DNA of 64,000 bases from the NCBI GenBank assembly GCA_963666485.2, contig CAXXUO010000009.1, positions 1 to 64,000 of the forward strand, written 5' to 3'. Below the pieces are notes generated by a model that was not told the origin of the DNA, searched no databases, and saw only the letters and a list, made by a program, of their open reading frames with translations. A program made the translations under genes and the position numbers. The DNA is from Syntrophorhabdaceae bacterium. GTDB taxonomy: Bacteria; Desulfobacterota; Syntrophorhabdia; Syntrophorhabdales; Syntrophorhabdaceae. This document shows, in pieces, positions 45,113 through 55,536 of the stretch. Position 1 is the first letter of the stretch; each line of letters begins with the position of its first letter.

Positions 45113-47545
45113 ATGATCAACCTCAAAAAGATGCTGGAACCCAAGAATATTGCCTTTATCGGCACGGATGCGGAAGAGGGGCGCGCCGAGACAGTTGTGC
45201 TTACGAATCTGACCGGGGCCGGGACGCGGCGGGTATTTCCTGTCAACCCGAACCGGGAAGAGGCGCTCACAATGCATTGTTTCCGGTCCATATCAGATAT
45301 ACATGAAGAGATCGACCTTGCGGTTATCATGGTCCCCGACGAAAAGCTTGTCGAGACATGCGAAGAGTGCGCAAAAGGCGGGGTCAAGGGGCTCGTCGTT
45401 ATGCCGGCCGGACGAAGGTCGCCGGCGGACGCGTTCGGGACGATACGGTCGGAATTGCTGCGGATGCGAAATACGTACGGAATGCGGATCATAGGCCCGG
45501 GCAGCGCAGGGATCATCCTTCCGAATGAAAAACTGAATGCCAGCCTGCTGACAGACCCGAAACCGGGCGGAACGGCCTTTATTTCCCAGGGGAGTTCCCT
45601 GGGGAACTCGATGTTCCACTGGGGCAACAGCAACAATATCGGCTTCAGTTTGTTCGTTTCACTCGGGTCTATGATAGACGTCGATTTTGCCGATATCATC
45701 GATGTCCTGCAGGAGGATTATTTCACGAAGAACATCATGCTCTACGTGGAGCACATACCCGACGCACGGAAATTCCTGAGCGCCTCGCGCTTTTTTGCCC
45801 GCAACAAGCCTATCGTCGTCTTCAAGCCGGGCCGCTATCCCGAGAGCAGGCCGGCGCTTGTCTCCCACATAGGGCGCGAGACAGGGAATGATGCCGTTTA
45901 TGACGCGGCATTTAAAAGAGCGGGCATAGTCAGGGCAAGGGAAACGGAAGATTTTTTCGATACCGCGAGGATTCTCGTCTCCGGTTCGCTGCCGAGGGGG
46001 CCGAGGCTCGCCATAGTGACCAATTCGGCAGGTCTCGGGATCATCGCGTGTGACATCATCGCCGAGCAGCACGGGCAGTTGGCGCTTCTCAGCGAACAAA
46101 CCCGGGAAGCCTTGAAGAGCGTTCTTCCGGGATCCGCCAATCCGGGCAATCCGGCCGACCTTTCCGGCGACGCGGATATCGAAAGATATCGCAGCGCCCT
46201 GGATGCCATCGTAAAAGACGCCGGGGTGGACGGCATACTCGTCATGTACGCCCCTGCACTCGGGTGCGACCCGGCGGAACTGGGAAAAGAGCTGGCGGGC
46301 CGTGCGCAAAGGACGGCCAAAACGGTCGTCGCTGTCCTGACGGGCGGTGATTATTCCCGTGAAGGAGCCCACGCGCTCACAGATGCGGCGGTCCCTGTAT
46401 ACGACACGCCTGAAGATGCTGTCCGCGCCTACATGTACATGGTCAACTACCGGTGGAACATCGAGCTTCTTCACGAGACGCCGGAAGAGCTTCCGGAAGA
46501 TGAAATGAGACTGGCGAACCACCTCAAGGTGCTCCTCAGGAACGCCGCGCGGGAAGGCAAGGAATGCATCGAAGGCAAAGAGGCCCACAGCTTCCTGAAA
46601 AACTACGGCATACCTGTCATGAAGACGGGTCCCGATAGCGACGGGCAGGCGGAACTCCCTGCGCAGGAATGGGCGTTGAGATCAATGCGGGACAATGATT
46701 TCGGCGCGTTCATCCTCCTTATTTCGATGAGTTCCGGCGGCACCGCCGCAAAGGGCTTTGCCGTTGGTTTGCCGCCCCTGAACCAGGCCCTTGCACGGCA
46801 CCTGATGGAGCAGGCGCAGTTCACCGCAGCACATAAGGACCTCGCGCTCAACATGGAGACCCTGATCGTACGTTTTTCCAACCTCGTTACGGACTTCCCG
46901 GAAATAAAGGAGGTCGAGATAGAGACCGCGATCATGCGGGATAACACGGTCTGCGCGCGCAGCGCGGCGATCTATGTCGACGCGGCATACAAGAAAGGGG
47001 TCATCCACTATCCGCACCTTGCGATCATGCCCTACCCGTCACGGTACGTCATGCCCTGGAAGCTCCGGGACGGCAGGCCTGTCACCGTACGCCCCATCCG
47101 CGCAGAAGACGAGCCGCTGATCAAGGCAATGATGGGCGAATTGTCCGAGGAGACCTTGCGGGTCCGTTTCTTTGTCGTTCCCAACTTCACCCACCTGATG
47201 CTCATGAAATTCTGTAATGTCGATTACGACAGGGAGGTCGGAATAGTTATCGAACTCACCGAAGGCGGAAAAAGGCAGATCATAGGCGGCGGCAGGCTTA
47301 TCGTCGAGGCGGATACGGAAAGCGGCCAGTTCGCCCTCCTTATATCCGACAGTTTTCAGAAACAGGGCATCGGGGAAAAGATACTCGACATCCTGATCGG
47401 AATTGCGCAGGACAAATCCCTTCGCGAGATATACGGTATTGTACTCACGGAGAATGCAAAGATGCTCGGCCTCGCCGCCAAGATGGGGTTCAAGCCCCAG
47501 AGGCTCCCCGACGGAATTACACGGGTGAGCCTGGCGCTCGATTAA
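45113..47545 (+). CDS. Acyl-CoA synthetase (NDP-forming)-like / GNAT fusion, Pat/PatZ-type protein lysine acetyltransferase
   Basis: RIIGPGSAG, ISQGSS, SLGSMIDVD, FKPGR, NPADLSGDA; C-terminal VRPIRAED, VDYDRE, FQKQGIG. Confidence 0.85.
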   Translation: MINLKKMLEPKNIAFIGTDAEEGRAETVVLTNLTGAGTRRVFPVNPNREEALTMHCFRSISDIHEEIDLAVIMVPDEKLVETCEECAKGGVKGLVVMPAGRRSPADAFGTIRSELLRMRNTYGMRIIGPGSAGIILPNEKLNASLLTDPKPGGTAFISQGSSLGNSMFHWGNSNNIGFSLFVSLGSMIDVDFADIIDVLQEDYFTKNIMLYVEHIPDARKFLSASRFFARNKPIVVFKPGRYPESRPALVSHIGRETGNDAVYDAAFKRAGIVRARETEDFFDTARILVSGSLPRGPRLAIVTNSAGLGIIACDIIAEQHGQLALLSEQTREALKSVLPGSANPGNPADLSGDADIERYRSALDAIVKDAGVDGILVMYAPALGCDPAELGKELAGRAQRTAKTVVAVLTGGDYSREGAHALTDAAVPVYDTPEDAVRAYMYMVNYRWNIELLHETPEELPEDEMRLANHLKVLLRNAAREGKECIEGKEAHSFLKNYGIPVMKTGPDSDGQAELPAQEWALRSMRDNDFGAFILLISMSSGGTAAKGFAVGLPPLNQALARHLMEQAQFTAAHKDLALNMETLIVRFSNLVTDFPEIKEVEIETAIMRDNTVCARSAAIYVDAAYKKGVIHYPHLAIMPYPSRYVMPWKLRDGRPVTVRPIRAEDEPLIKAMMGELSEETLRVRFFVVPNFTHLMLMKFCNVDYDREVGIVIELTEGGKRQIIGGGRLIVEADTESGQFALLISDSFQKQGIGEKILDILIGIAQDKSLREIYGIVLTENAKMLGLAAKMGFKPQRLPDGITRVSLALD

Positions 47546-47574
47546 ATACCGGAATCCTTACCGGACAGAGCCGG

Positions 47575-50115
47575 CTAGAATAATTTCCTCTGTGCTATCC
47601 TCTTCTGCTCGGCCTCCAACACGGAAAACTCGGATCCAACCCTTTTCAGGTCATCCTCGCGCTTTTGCATCGCGGCCCTGTTGCGTGCATCTTTTTCCGG
47701 GGAATCTTTGGCCTTGTAATAATAGTCCTCCAGGAACCGCTGGTATTCCTCGTATGCCAGGCCTCTGTCCACGTCCTTCTTTACATAACGCGACATGAGA
47801 TTCAAGACCTGTTTATGAACGGCCTCGAATTGGCACATTCCCGTAAACATCCGCTGAAGGTTTTCCTGCGAAACCGGCTTGCCCATCCTGATCAGGAACA
47901 GGGTGTCCTTGATCTTGCCCTCGTGGCCGCTGTAAAAATTCTCGTCCATGTGCCCCCAGAACATCCACATCCATTCACCCCAGGAGTTGCTGTGATCGAG
48001 GAAATACTTTATACCCGCATTCTGCATCGCTGACCGCAGGGTCCTCTTTGCTTCACTAAACCCGTAATTTTTATTGACCTCATTTCTCATTCGATCTATT
48101 GACCGGATAAAAACATTCAATTGTTTCTCTATTTCTTTGCGCGAACTTCCTTTTTTGTACATTGTACAGGATGCGCCGGGTACCAGCTGATCGAAGCATT
48201 GCTCTTTCTCGCATGAACTGAGCTCCTTCTCGAGCTGATTCTTTTTCAAGGCCAGCATGGAATTCCCCATCTTAATATTGTCTGCCTTTTGTCGGGCCTC
48301 TGCGTTATCCCGGGATCTCGCTTCCAGGTCCCTGACGGACTGTTCCTTGTCGCGTAATTCGTCGCTGACCCTTTTCAACTCGTCGGCTTTCGGTTGGCAT
48401 ACCGTGCACGAGGTCTTCTTCTGCGGGCATTTCTCGTCGATGCATTTCTTCAGCGCTATGCGATCGTCCCTGATAGTTCCGCTCAGGGCGGCAAGCCGCT
48501 GCTTTATCCCTCCCACAGAACTATTTTCCGCTTCGATCCTTTCGATCTGGGCCTTTAACGTATTCGCCCTGATGAGCGGAGGCCATGTGTCGCGCATGAA
48601 CGCCGAGAGATCCTGTCGAAGCTCGGAATCGAGCTGCGTCGAACAGAGCATACCGTATAAATACCAAGCCGTTGCTGCAACACGGTAGGGTGCATCAAAT
48701 ATTCCCGCCGGGGCGGAAACGCCTGTAGATGCATAGACAAAAGACTTCATATTATCTGCAAATTGCCGGTCATTTTTGTAAATTTTTTGATATATTTTAT
48801 CGATATCTTTCCGGGCCCTGGCAAGTTTTCCCTCTTCGATGACCAGCTGCTCTTTTAACTCGTACGCCTGCTTTTCCCGGGTTATGGTTATACGGTCCGA
48901 TTCATTTTCGAAATAACGCTGTTCATCTGTTTTCCTGCCGATGTCATCGGCAAGGGACTGGCAGGCAGGACATTCGTTCGGCATCGTATTCCGCGGCTTG
49001 TCGCCGTCTTTCGAACATTTTTCCTTTGTCAGTGCAACGTTAATGGCCAGTGACCCTGCCAGTGCAGGAAGCCGGCCATTTATGTCCGTCAGGGCAGAAC
49101 CCCAGTCATTGTAACTGCCCGGGTAAAATTTAAAGGAGGATATCGAGCATTTTGCCTTGACCATGCAGTCGATCATGTTTTTTCTCGCGGAGCGCAGGCT
49201 GGCCAGGACATCCTTTCCGGTATAAAACCGTTCGAAGATAAGCTGTGTATCCTGATAAGAGGCCGTCAGGACCTTGTCTTCGGCTGAGGCCTGCCTGGTG
49301 AGCTGATCAATGAGAGCCCTTGTCTCTGCCAGTTTTTGGCTTGAATACGCCTTGAGGACGCGACCGACGATCTTTCCAAGACTGTTGATATGCGCATTGA
49401 AATCGACCGGTTTTCGCGAGTCCATGTTCAGCAGGTCTTCCCGCAGCCTTCTTATTTCCCTGTATCCATCCACGGTCTCACTCTTGACCGACATCCATTC
49501 CTTCGTAAGTTTCCTTATCCCGGAATCGGAGGACGTCTCACCGAGGTTCATCATCTGGTTCGTGATGCTGTCCAGGTTATTCACAATATTTGCGGCATTG
49601 TCATACCATGCGACCAGGTCCTTCCTGTCCCTGTTCGGGTATTTTTTCGGGTCAACGGCATTCTTAATGCCGTCCATAAAGGACGCCAGGTCAAACATGA
49701 CGGAACCAAAGCTATGCAAAGCACTCTGGAGGGCGAGTAAACGAAACTCTTCCTTTAACCGTATATCGGTCAAATCCCTGTCACCCGTTTTGCATGCATG
49801 GTCGCCACGTTGTGCCGAGCCGGCCTCGAGAAGCCATTTCAGCATATCATCGAGCGCCATCTCGGTATTGATCATGCCCTGTATTAAGTCGTTCGCCGCC
49901 GCGCAATTCATCCGGGGACATTCCGTGCCGCCGCATTTCCCGACGGTCGACGATATCTTGTCTATCTCGGACTGTATCTGTTTCAGGTCGGTATTGCCGG
50001 GAGGGCCAAATGGTCCCCCGGCTGACGCAAGGACAGGAAGAATGGTCAGCAAGAGGGCAAGCAAGAAGCGGAAAAACCATACCCTGCAATGACCCCAAGA
50101 ACGGATACCAAGCAT
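47575..50115 (-). CDS. Large exported Cys-patterned coiled-coil protein of unknown function
   Basis: GAGG RBS; signal peptide ASA; 846-aa ORF; CPACQ/CTVCQ and CxxxxC motifs. Confidence 0.75.
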   Translation of the reverse strand: MLGIRSWGHCRVWFFRFLLALLLTILPVLASAGGPFGPPGNTDLKQIQSEIDKISSTVGKCGGTECPRMNCAAANDLIQGMINTEMALDDMLKWLLEAGSAQRGDHACKTGDRDLTDIRLKEEFRLLALQSALHSFGSVMFDLASFMDGIKNAVDPKKYPNRDRKDLVAWYDNAANIVNNLDSITNQMMNLGETSSDSGIRKLTKEWMSVKSETVDGYREIRRLREDLLNMDSRKPVDFNAHINSLGKIVGRVLKAYSSQKLAETRALIDQLTRQASAEDKVLTASYQDTQLIFERFYTGKDVLASLRSARKNMIDCMVKAKCSISSFKFYPGSYNDWGSALTDINGRLPALAGSLAINVALTKEKCSKDGDKPRNTMPNECPACQSLADDIGRKTDEQRYFENESDRITITREKQAYELKEQLVIEEGKLARARKDIDKIYQKIYKNDRQFADNMKSFVYASTGVSAPAGIFDAPYRVAATAWYLYGMLCSTQLDSELRQDLSAFMRDTWPPLIRANTLKAQIERIEAENSSVGGIKQRLAALSGTIRDDRIALKKCIDEKCPQKKTSCTVCQPKADELKRVSDELRDKEQSVRDLEARSRDNAEARQKADNIKMGNSMLALKKNQLEKELSSCEKEQCFDQLVPGASCTMYKKGSSRKEIEKQLNVFIRSIDRMRNEVNKNYGFSEAKRTLRSAMQNAGIKYFLDHSNSWGEWMWMFWGHMDENFYSGHEGKIKDTLFLIRMGKPVSQENLQRMFTGMCQFEAVHKQVLNLMSRYVKKDVDRGLAYEEYQRFLEDYYYKAKDSPEKDARNRAAMQKREDDLKRVGSEFSVLEAEQKRIAQRKLF

Positions 50116-50282
50116 GTCTCACCTCGCATTGACGTGGAATAAGAAGGATGGTATCACCCTGACAGTTTTTTGTCTAACATTCGTTTTACTTCCCAATTGC
50201 TGACCGGGCGGCAATTCCCGTTGACGTGCATCGGGCCCATGGTGTAGATAAAAAAGGTCAAAATCATTCGGAACGGGGCATT

Positions 50283-51104
50283 ATGAGCGATCAGGAAATA
50301 AAAGACAAACTTCTGAGGATCATCTCCGATATCGCGGAGGGACATTACTCCAATGAGATCATGGAACTGACGCGGCATGACGTGCCGGACACGGCCCGGA
50401 CGATCGCTGAAGCCGTCGCACTTATGATGGTCAAGGTCGAGGCCCGCGAGTTCAGGCTGCAGCAGCTTGTCGACGAGTTAAAAAAGCTCAACGAAAAGAT
50501 AAGGAAGAACGCGATAGACGTGGTGACGGCAATGGCGCAGGCGCTGGCGGCCCGGGACACGTACACCGAGGGCCACACGTCGCGCGTCGCCGGGCTCGCA
50601 TACGATATTGGCCTTCAGATGGGCCTGGGAAAGGAAGATGCCGAGTACGTCCGTCTTGCCGGCGCCCTGCATGACATCGGCAAGATCGGGTTCCCTGACG
50701 AGCTTTTCGGCGAACACGAGGCGAGACTTCCGGGAAAACTGGTCAAGCAGATAAACCGGCACCCCGCGATCGGGGTGAAGATCTTGAAGCCCCTTGACTT
50801 CCTCGGGCCTGCCATAGATTATGTCGCCGCCCATCACGAGCGGCTTGACGGAAAAGGATATCCCCGGGGGCTCAAGGCGGATGAGATCCCCCTCGGGGCG
50901 CAGATCGTCTCCGTGGCGGACATTTACGATGCAATTACGTCCGAACGTCCCTATCAAAAGACAAGGACACCCGAAGAAACACTGGCGATTCTCCACAGCA
51001 TAGCGGGGACCCGCGTGAGGCCCGACGTCGTCGACGCCCTCGAGCACGTCCTCAAGGCGCAGCAGGAAACGGCACCCGATAGGACATCACCCTGTCTTTC
51101 GTGA
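50283..51104 (+). CDS. HD-GYP domain phosphodiesterase
   Basis: RDTYTEGHTSRV, LHDIGKIG, HHERLDGKGYP, VADIYDA, RPY. Confidence 0.92.
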   Translation: MSDQEIKDKLLRIISDIAEGHYSNEIMELTRHDVPDTARTIAEAVALMMVKVEAREFRLQQLVDELKKLNEKIRKNAIDVVTAMAQALAARDTYTEGHTSRVAGLAYDIGLQMGLGKEDAEYVRLAGALHDIGKIGFPDELFGEHEARLPGKLVKQINRHPAIGVKILKPLDFLGPAIDYVAAHHERLDGKGYPRGLKADEIPLGAQIVSVADIYDAITSERPYQKTRTPEETLAILHSIAGTRVRPDVVDALEHVLKAQQETAPDRTSPCLS

Positions 51105-51206
51105 GATGTTGACAAAATGCGAAATCTGTAATATTAGTCGCTATATATAGGGGCCAATACATCCGCCGGAGCCCGCTGTCCGGACAGGTCATCGTTGGCC
51201 ACCGAT

Positions 51207-51617
51207 ATGGAGAACGACATGTCAGCGCCATCGCTTCTGGTCGGGCTCTTCTTTATTGTCATTCCCACACTCGCCATTATCGCCCTGTACATGTTTGCCC
51301 GTTTCTATCAAAAACGGATGAAGGAGGACAGGCCGGATGCGGCGAAGGTCTGGCGGGCGGTAACAGCACGGATAACAGCTGCCGGCGTCGAAGAGGCGAT
51401 GCGAGACCGCCTTGAGGACACTGCATCGTACTACCCGAGCATACAATTCGAATACACGTACGGGAGCCGCGAGTATAAGGGCACGCAGGCGATCGGCAGG
51501 CCGGACAATGTCATCTCCCGCGCCTGGGAGACCCTGTCGCGCTACCCCGTAGGAAAAGAGATAACGATATACTGCAACCCCGACCATCCCGGCGAAGCCC
51601 GGTTGTGGATAAAATAA
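51207..51617 (+). CDS. DUF3592-like membrane protein
   Basis: N-terminal TM; YYPSIQFEY, YPVGKEITIYCNPDHPGEA; start uncertain (51195/51207/51219). Confidence 0.75.
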   Translation: MENDMSAPSLLVGLFFIVIPTLAIIALYMFARFYQKRMKEDRPDAAKVWRAVTARITAAGVEEAMRDRLEDTASYYPSIQFEYTYGSREYKGTQAIGRPDNVISRAWETLSRYPVGKEITIYCNPDHPGEARLWIK

Positions 51618-51737
51618 TATCCCCCCCCAAGTTTTCAGGCCCGATCTTTTGCCGGCCCCCGATAATTGTCATTGATATTTACATAAGAGAATTACCTGCG
51701 GTAGAGTGTATCAGAGAATGAAAGGAGGGGAAGGTAC

Positions 51738-52145
51738 GTGAGAATATTCCTGATGCTGCTCATATGCATCACACTGGCGGCATGTTCCATGATGCCGCGC
51801 CAGGCAAAGGACGGCGATTTCCTGACGAAGCACGTATCGGCGAACGCGCCCGTGACCGAAACATACGCGAACTGGCAGCAGGGCCTGCGGTACTGCGGTT
51901 TTGAAAAATACGGGTTCCCCGACTGCAAGTCCCCCGATGCGAAAGGGGCCGTCTCGTGCGACATTTATCCCAACAAGGAATCGATGGGCAAAGCGGGCAT
52001 GGTAACGGGCAGGATACAGTTCTCCGGCGCATCCCCGGGGACAAAAGCAGTGCTGCGCATACGGAAAAATATAGCGAACAATGAAGAGATACTGATGGCC
52101 TGGGAAATATTCATGTCCGGGCGAGCGCGAGAGGCATGCCCGTAA
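51738..52145 (+). CDS. Hypothetical lipoprotein
   Basis: Lipobox LAAC after a hydrophobic stretch; AGGAGG upstream. Confidence 0.75.
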   Translation: MRIFLMLLICITLAACSMMPRQAKDGDFLTKHVSANAPVTETYANWQQGLRYCGFEKYGFPDCKSPDAKGAVSCDIYPNKESMGKAGMVTGRIQFSGASPGTKAVLRIRKNIANNEEILMAWEIFMSGRAREACP

Positions 52146-52221
52146 ACCGGTGAGGCCTTCAAACGAGGCCCGTCGAAACAGATCAGTAACAAAAATCTTT
52201 TGTACATTGTTAAGATTCTTT

Positions 52222-52268
52222 TTGACAAATTTCTTCTTTCGTATTATAAAAGACAAATAAGGTCTTTT
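52222..52268 (+). promoter_or_regulatory. Sigma-70 promoter overlapped by an inverted repeat (candidate Rrf2 operator)
   Basis: TTGACA(52222)-17 bp-TATAAA(52245); AAAAGAC-N7-GTCTTTT at 52248-52268. Confidence 0.65.
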
Positions 52269-52283
52269 TAGGGTGATATAAGG

Positions 52284-52736
52284 ATGTTCCACATATCGAG
52301 AAAAGCTGAATACGCAATACGAGGGATGCTATACCTGGCATGCAAGCCGGAGAACGAGGTTGCATCGATCAGGGACATTGCCGCTTTCGCGGAAGCGTCC
52401 CAGACATTCCTGGCGAAGATATTTCAGCAGTTCAATAAACTTGGTATCGTCAGGTCATACCGCGGGACAGGGGGAGGTTTCCTCCTTGGGCGCCCTGCCG
52501 GGGAGATTTCTCTTCTCGATATCGTAGAGGCTGTTGACGGCCCGATCCTCGTCAATTCCTGCGTGCTCAGGAAGGGGACCTGCAGCAGGGACGAAACATG
52601 TCCCGTCCATCCTGTCTGGAAAGAAATTCAGCAAGAGATGAAGAAAATGCTAAGCACCGTTACCCTGGCGGGCCTCGCGGCAGCGATGCCCGGGAGGCAA
52701 GTGCCCGGCGTTTCGCCTGATAAACCACAATCATAA
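52284..52736 (+). CDS. Rrf2 family transcriptional regulator
   Basis: YAIRGMLYLA, FLAKIFQ, SYRGTGGGFLL, ISLLDIVEAVDG, three Cys (CVLRKGTCSRDETCPVH). Confidence 0.93.
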   Translation: MFHISRKAEYAIRGMLYLACKPENEVASIRDIAAFAEASQTFLAKIFQQFNKLGIVRSYRGTGGGFLLGRPAGEISLLDIVEAVDGPILVNSCVLRKGTCSRDETCPVHPVWKEIQQEMKKMLSTVTLAGLAAAMPGRQVPGVSPDKPQS

Positions 52737-52748
52737 AGGAGACAGAAA

Positions 52749-53294
52749 ATGAAAAAGTATGTTTGTTCCATTTGCGGTTACAACTATGAAGGGTCCAACG
52801 CCCCGGACAAGTGCCCCCAGTGCGGCGCCCCCGCAGACAAGTTCACCGAGCAGGCATCCACCGGATTGGCCTGGGCCGACGACCATGTGATCGGAGTAGC
52901 CAAAGATGTCGATGCAAAGGTCCTGGAAGGCCTGCGTTTGAACTTCCAGGGTGAGTGCACCGAGGTCGGAATGTACCTTGCGATGGGCAGGCAGGCGGAG
53001 CGCGAAGGGTACCACGAAGTTGCGGATGCTTTCCGGCGTTTCGCATTTGAAGAAGCCGAGCACGCCGCTAAATTTGCCGAATTGCTCGGAGAGGTCCTGA
53101 CCGCCGATACACGGAAAAACCTCGAGATGCGCGCGAATGCGGAAAACGGCGCATGCAAGGGGAAAAAGGAACTTGCCGTTCTGGCCAAACAGTTAAACTA
53201 TGACGCAGTGCATGATACCGTTCACGAGATGTGCAAGGATGAAGCGCGCCACGGGAAGGCGTTTCTCGGTCTTCTGAACAGATATTTCAAATAA
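52749..53294 (+). CDS. rbr: Reverse rubrerythrin (N-terminal rubredoxin domain; peroxidase)
   Basis: [35 protein letters not shown]. Confidence 0.93.
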   Translation: MKKYVCSICGYNYEGSNAPDKCPQCGAPADKFTEQASTGLAWADDHVIGVAKDVDAKVLEGLRLNFQGECTEVGMYLAMGRQAEREGYHEVADAFRRFAFEEAEHAAKFAELLGEVLTADTRKNLEMRANAENGACKGKKELAVLAKQLNYDAVHDTVHEMCKDEARHGKAFLGLLNRYFK

Positions 53295-53328
53295 CGTGCA
53301 GCATCCGACCTGCCGTCGGGCTTGACCA

Positions 53329-53377
53329 AAAGCGGCACGGTCCATGAATGCATGGACCGTGCCGCTTTCATTTTTTT
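53329..53377 (+). terminator. Rho-independent terminator
   Basis: 18-bp perfect stem AAAGCGGCACGGTCCATG/CATGGACCGTGCCGCTTT followed by a T-run. Confidence 0.8.
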
Positions 53378-53474
53378 CTTCCCCTTTCAAATCAAATTTG
53401 AGAATATACCGTATCGCGTCCCCCCATCGAAAATAAGGAGGAAAAGCGATAAAAAAACTTCAAGGAAACAACCT

Positions 53475-54134
53475 ATGAAAGCAAAGACCGCAGTGTTTTA
53501 TTTCGTGTGCATCACGGTGCTCTTCACTTTGATGGCCCCCCTGCCCGGCCACTGTCAGCGCGGCAGGGACGCAGGGGACCAGGATTATTACGCTCTCCTG
53601 AAAAGGCTCAAGAACAACGACATGTCGATCAACTTTCAGAGCCTGAGAATCGCATATACGCGAACACCCGACTACAGGCCTTACGGCAGCGCCGGACCAA
53701 AGGATGCAGCGTTTGAGGCACTCAGCAAAAAAGACTTTGCCGGTGCGCTCAAATCCGCTCAAGCCGTACTGGATACGAATTACGTCGACCTCGATATTCA
53801 CCTTTTATGCAGGATCGCGTACCGCGAAACGGGAAATGCCGAAAAAGAGGCATTTCACACCTCTGTCCTGAAGGGGCTCGTGAACTCCATCTATAACTCG
53901 GGGGATGGAAGCAGCCCTGAAAAGGCTATGGTCGTCATTTCCGTTCCGGAAGAATATTTCCTGATGAATGCCAACGGGCTGCACCTGCTCAAACAGAAAA
54001 GCCTCACCGTCAACGGTCATGATTACGATGCAATGGATGTCGAAAATAAAAAGACCAGGGAGAAAAAAACCCTCTATTTCAACATTGATATCCCTCGCCA
54101 GTGGCTGGCAAAGAATTTGAAAAAAGGCGAGTGA
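53475..54134 (+). CDS. DUF4919-like exported protein
   Basis: Signal peptide; SIYNSGDGSSPEKAMVVISVPEEY, YDAMDV, LYFNID. Confidence 0.75.
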   Translation: MKAKTAVFYFVCITVLFTLMAPLPGHCQRGRDAGDQDYYALLKRLKNNDMSINFQSLRIAYTRTPDYRPYGSAGPKDAAFEALSKKDFAGALKSAQAVLDTNYVDLDIHLLCRIAYRETGNAEKEAFHTSVLKGLVNSIYNSGDGSSPEKAMVVISVPEEYFLMNANGLHLLKQKSLTVNGHDYDAMDVENKKTREKKTLYFNIDIPRQWLAKNLKKGE

Positions 54135-54188
54135 CCGAAGGATCACCCTGCCCTCGCTGGCCCAGGGACGGAACCGCCCGGCCGCACA

Positions 54189-55034
54189 CTAATAATCGAT
54201 GACCCGCAGCTCCTTCAGGATCTCGAGGGTGATCGCCTTGCGGGCCGGTCCGAATGAATCGGTGAGGTCTGCCCGCTCGATATTTGTCGCGTAAAAATAA
54301 ACATTGTCCTTCGTTTCAACATATCCCACGAGCCAGCCGATCCTGGGCGCTGCCCTCAGGGCGAGCCCCGTCTTCCCGCTCAACCTGTACGTATCGGTCC
54401 TTGCCAGTTCGATGATCTCCTTGACCTTATCAATGTTCTCCTTCTTCACGGGCAGCCTGTCGTAATAGAACTTTTTCAGGAACTCTATCTGCTCCATCTG
54501 CGATATTGCGAGGGCCCCGTCAACCCAGAACGTATCGACGGCCCCGGTCAGGTCCCGGTTCCCGTAGTTAAAGAGATCGTAATATTTCTGCATCGTCTCC
54601 CTGCCCGCTTTCCGGGCGCATGCCTGGTAGAACCACATGACGGAATTCTTCATTGCGGAGCGCAGCGTCTGGTCCTCGTTCCAGCCCGGAAAATCATACC
54701 GGGTCCCGTCCCATTTCAGGACCGGCCGGTCCGCGTCCTCGATTATACCGGTTTCGAGAAAGATAAGTGCGTTGGGTATCTTTGTGGTCGATGCCGGCGT
54801 GAACCTTTTCAGGGTCCGCGCATAATTCACGGCGGTGTATGTCCCGCTCCCGGCATCGTACAGGAGAAACGAACCGTCGACGCCGAATTTCGTGAAGACC
54901 TTCGCCAGGTCCGGCCTTTCGATGGTCTGCTGCCGGGTCGGGACCGGGCTGTTCGCGGCGGCGGGACCGGCTGACGCGTGCCCCGCGCACGTGATCGCTA
55001 TTATGAGAAGCATGACCAAAAATATATGTTTCAT
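54189..55034 (-). CDS. blaOXA: Class D (OXA-type) beta-lactamase-like serine enzyme
   Basis: Signal peptide; PASTTK (SxxK), SVMW, YGN, FWVDG, KTG, GWLVGYVE. Confidence 0.88.
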   Translation of the reverse strand: MKHIFLVMLLIIAITCAGHASAGPAAANSPVPTRQQTIERPDLAKVFTKFGVDGSFLLYDAGSGTYTAVNYARTLKRFTPASTTKIPNALIFLETGIIEDADRPVLKWDGTRYDFPGWNEDQTLRSAMKNSVMWFYQACARKAGRETMQKYYDLFNYGNRDLTGAVDTFWVDGALAISQMEQIEFLKKFYYDRLPVKKENIDKVKEIIELARTDTYRLSGKTGLALRAAPRIGWLVGYVETKDNVYFYATNIERADLTDSFGPARKAITLEILKELRVIDY

Positions 55035-55536
55035 GAAAACACCTCGTTCTTCAGACTGCCGGGCAATACCGTCCCCTTTCTCCGCCCATATTACCATCTC
55101 GTGAGCGGATCCTCAACACGGCCGGAGCGATCTGCTTTACACTGCCGCAATTATGGGTTCTAATAGTGATGAAACGCCCGGGAGAACACACCTGAACGGA
55201 GGCCAGAATGAAAAAAGGTGCACGATGCCCTGTCTGCGGATCGCTTCACATCGAGAAGAAACCTGCCCCGGCCCCTGCCGGCACAGAACCATCGGCAGAC
55301 AAGGCCCAGGCCGATACCGCCGCCAAGCCGAACTGGAAATGCTTCGACTGTTACCGTAATTTCGAAAAGCCGGACGAAACGGGCTGATAAAAGCCCTGCC
55401 GATGGGGTTCCCGGCATACCGCCCCCCGAGGGGGCCGGAAACCAGGCGTTTCCCTTTATTACAATACTGATCATTCAATACTTTTTTGATTGCAAAAATT
55501 CCCTGCCTGCGTAAATATGACAGGACAGGAGAGAAC

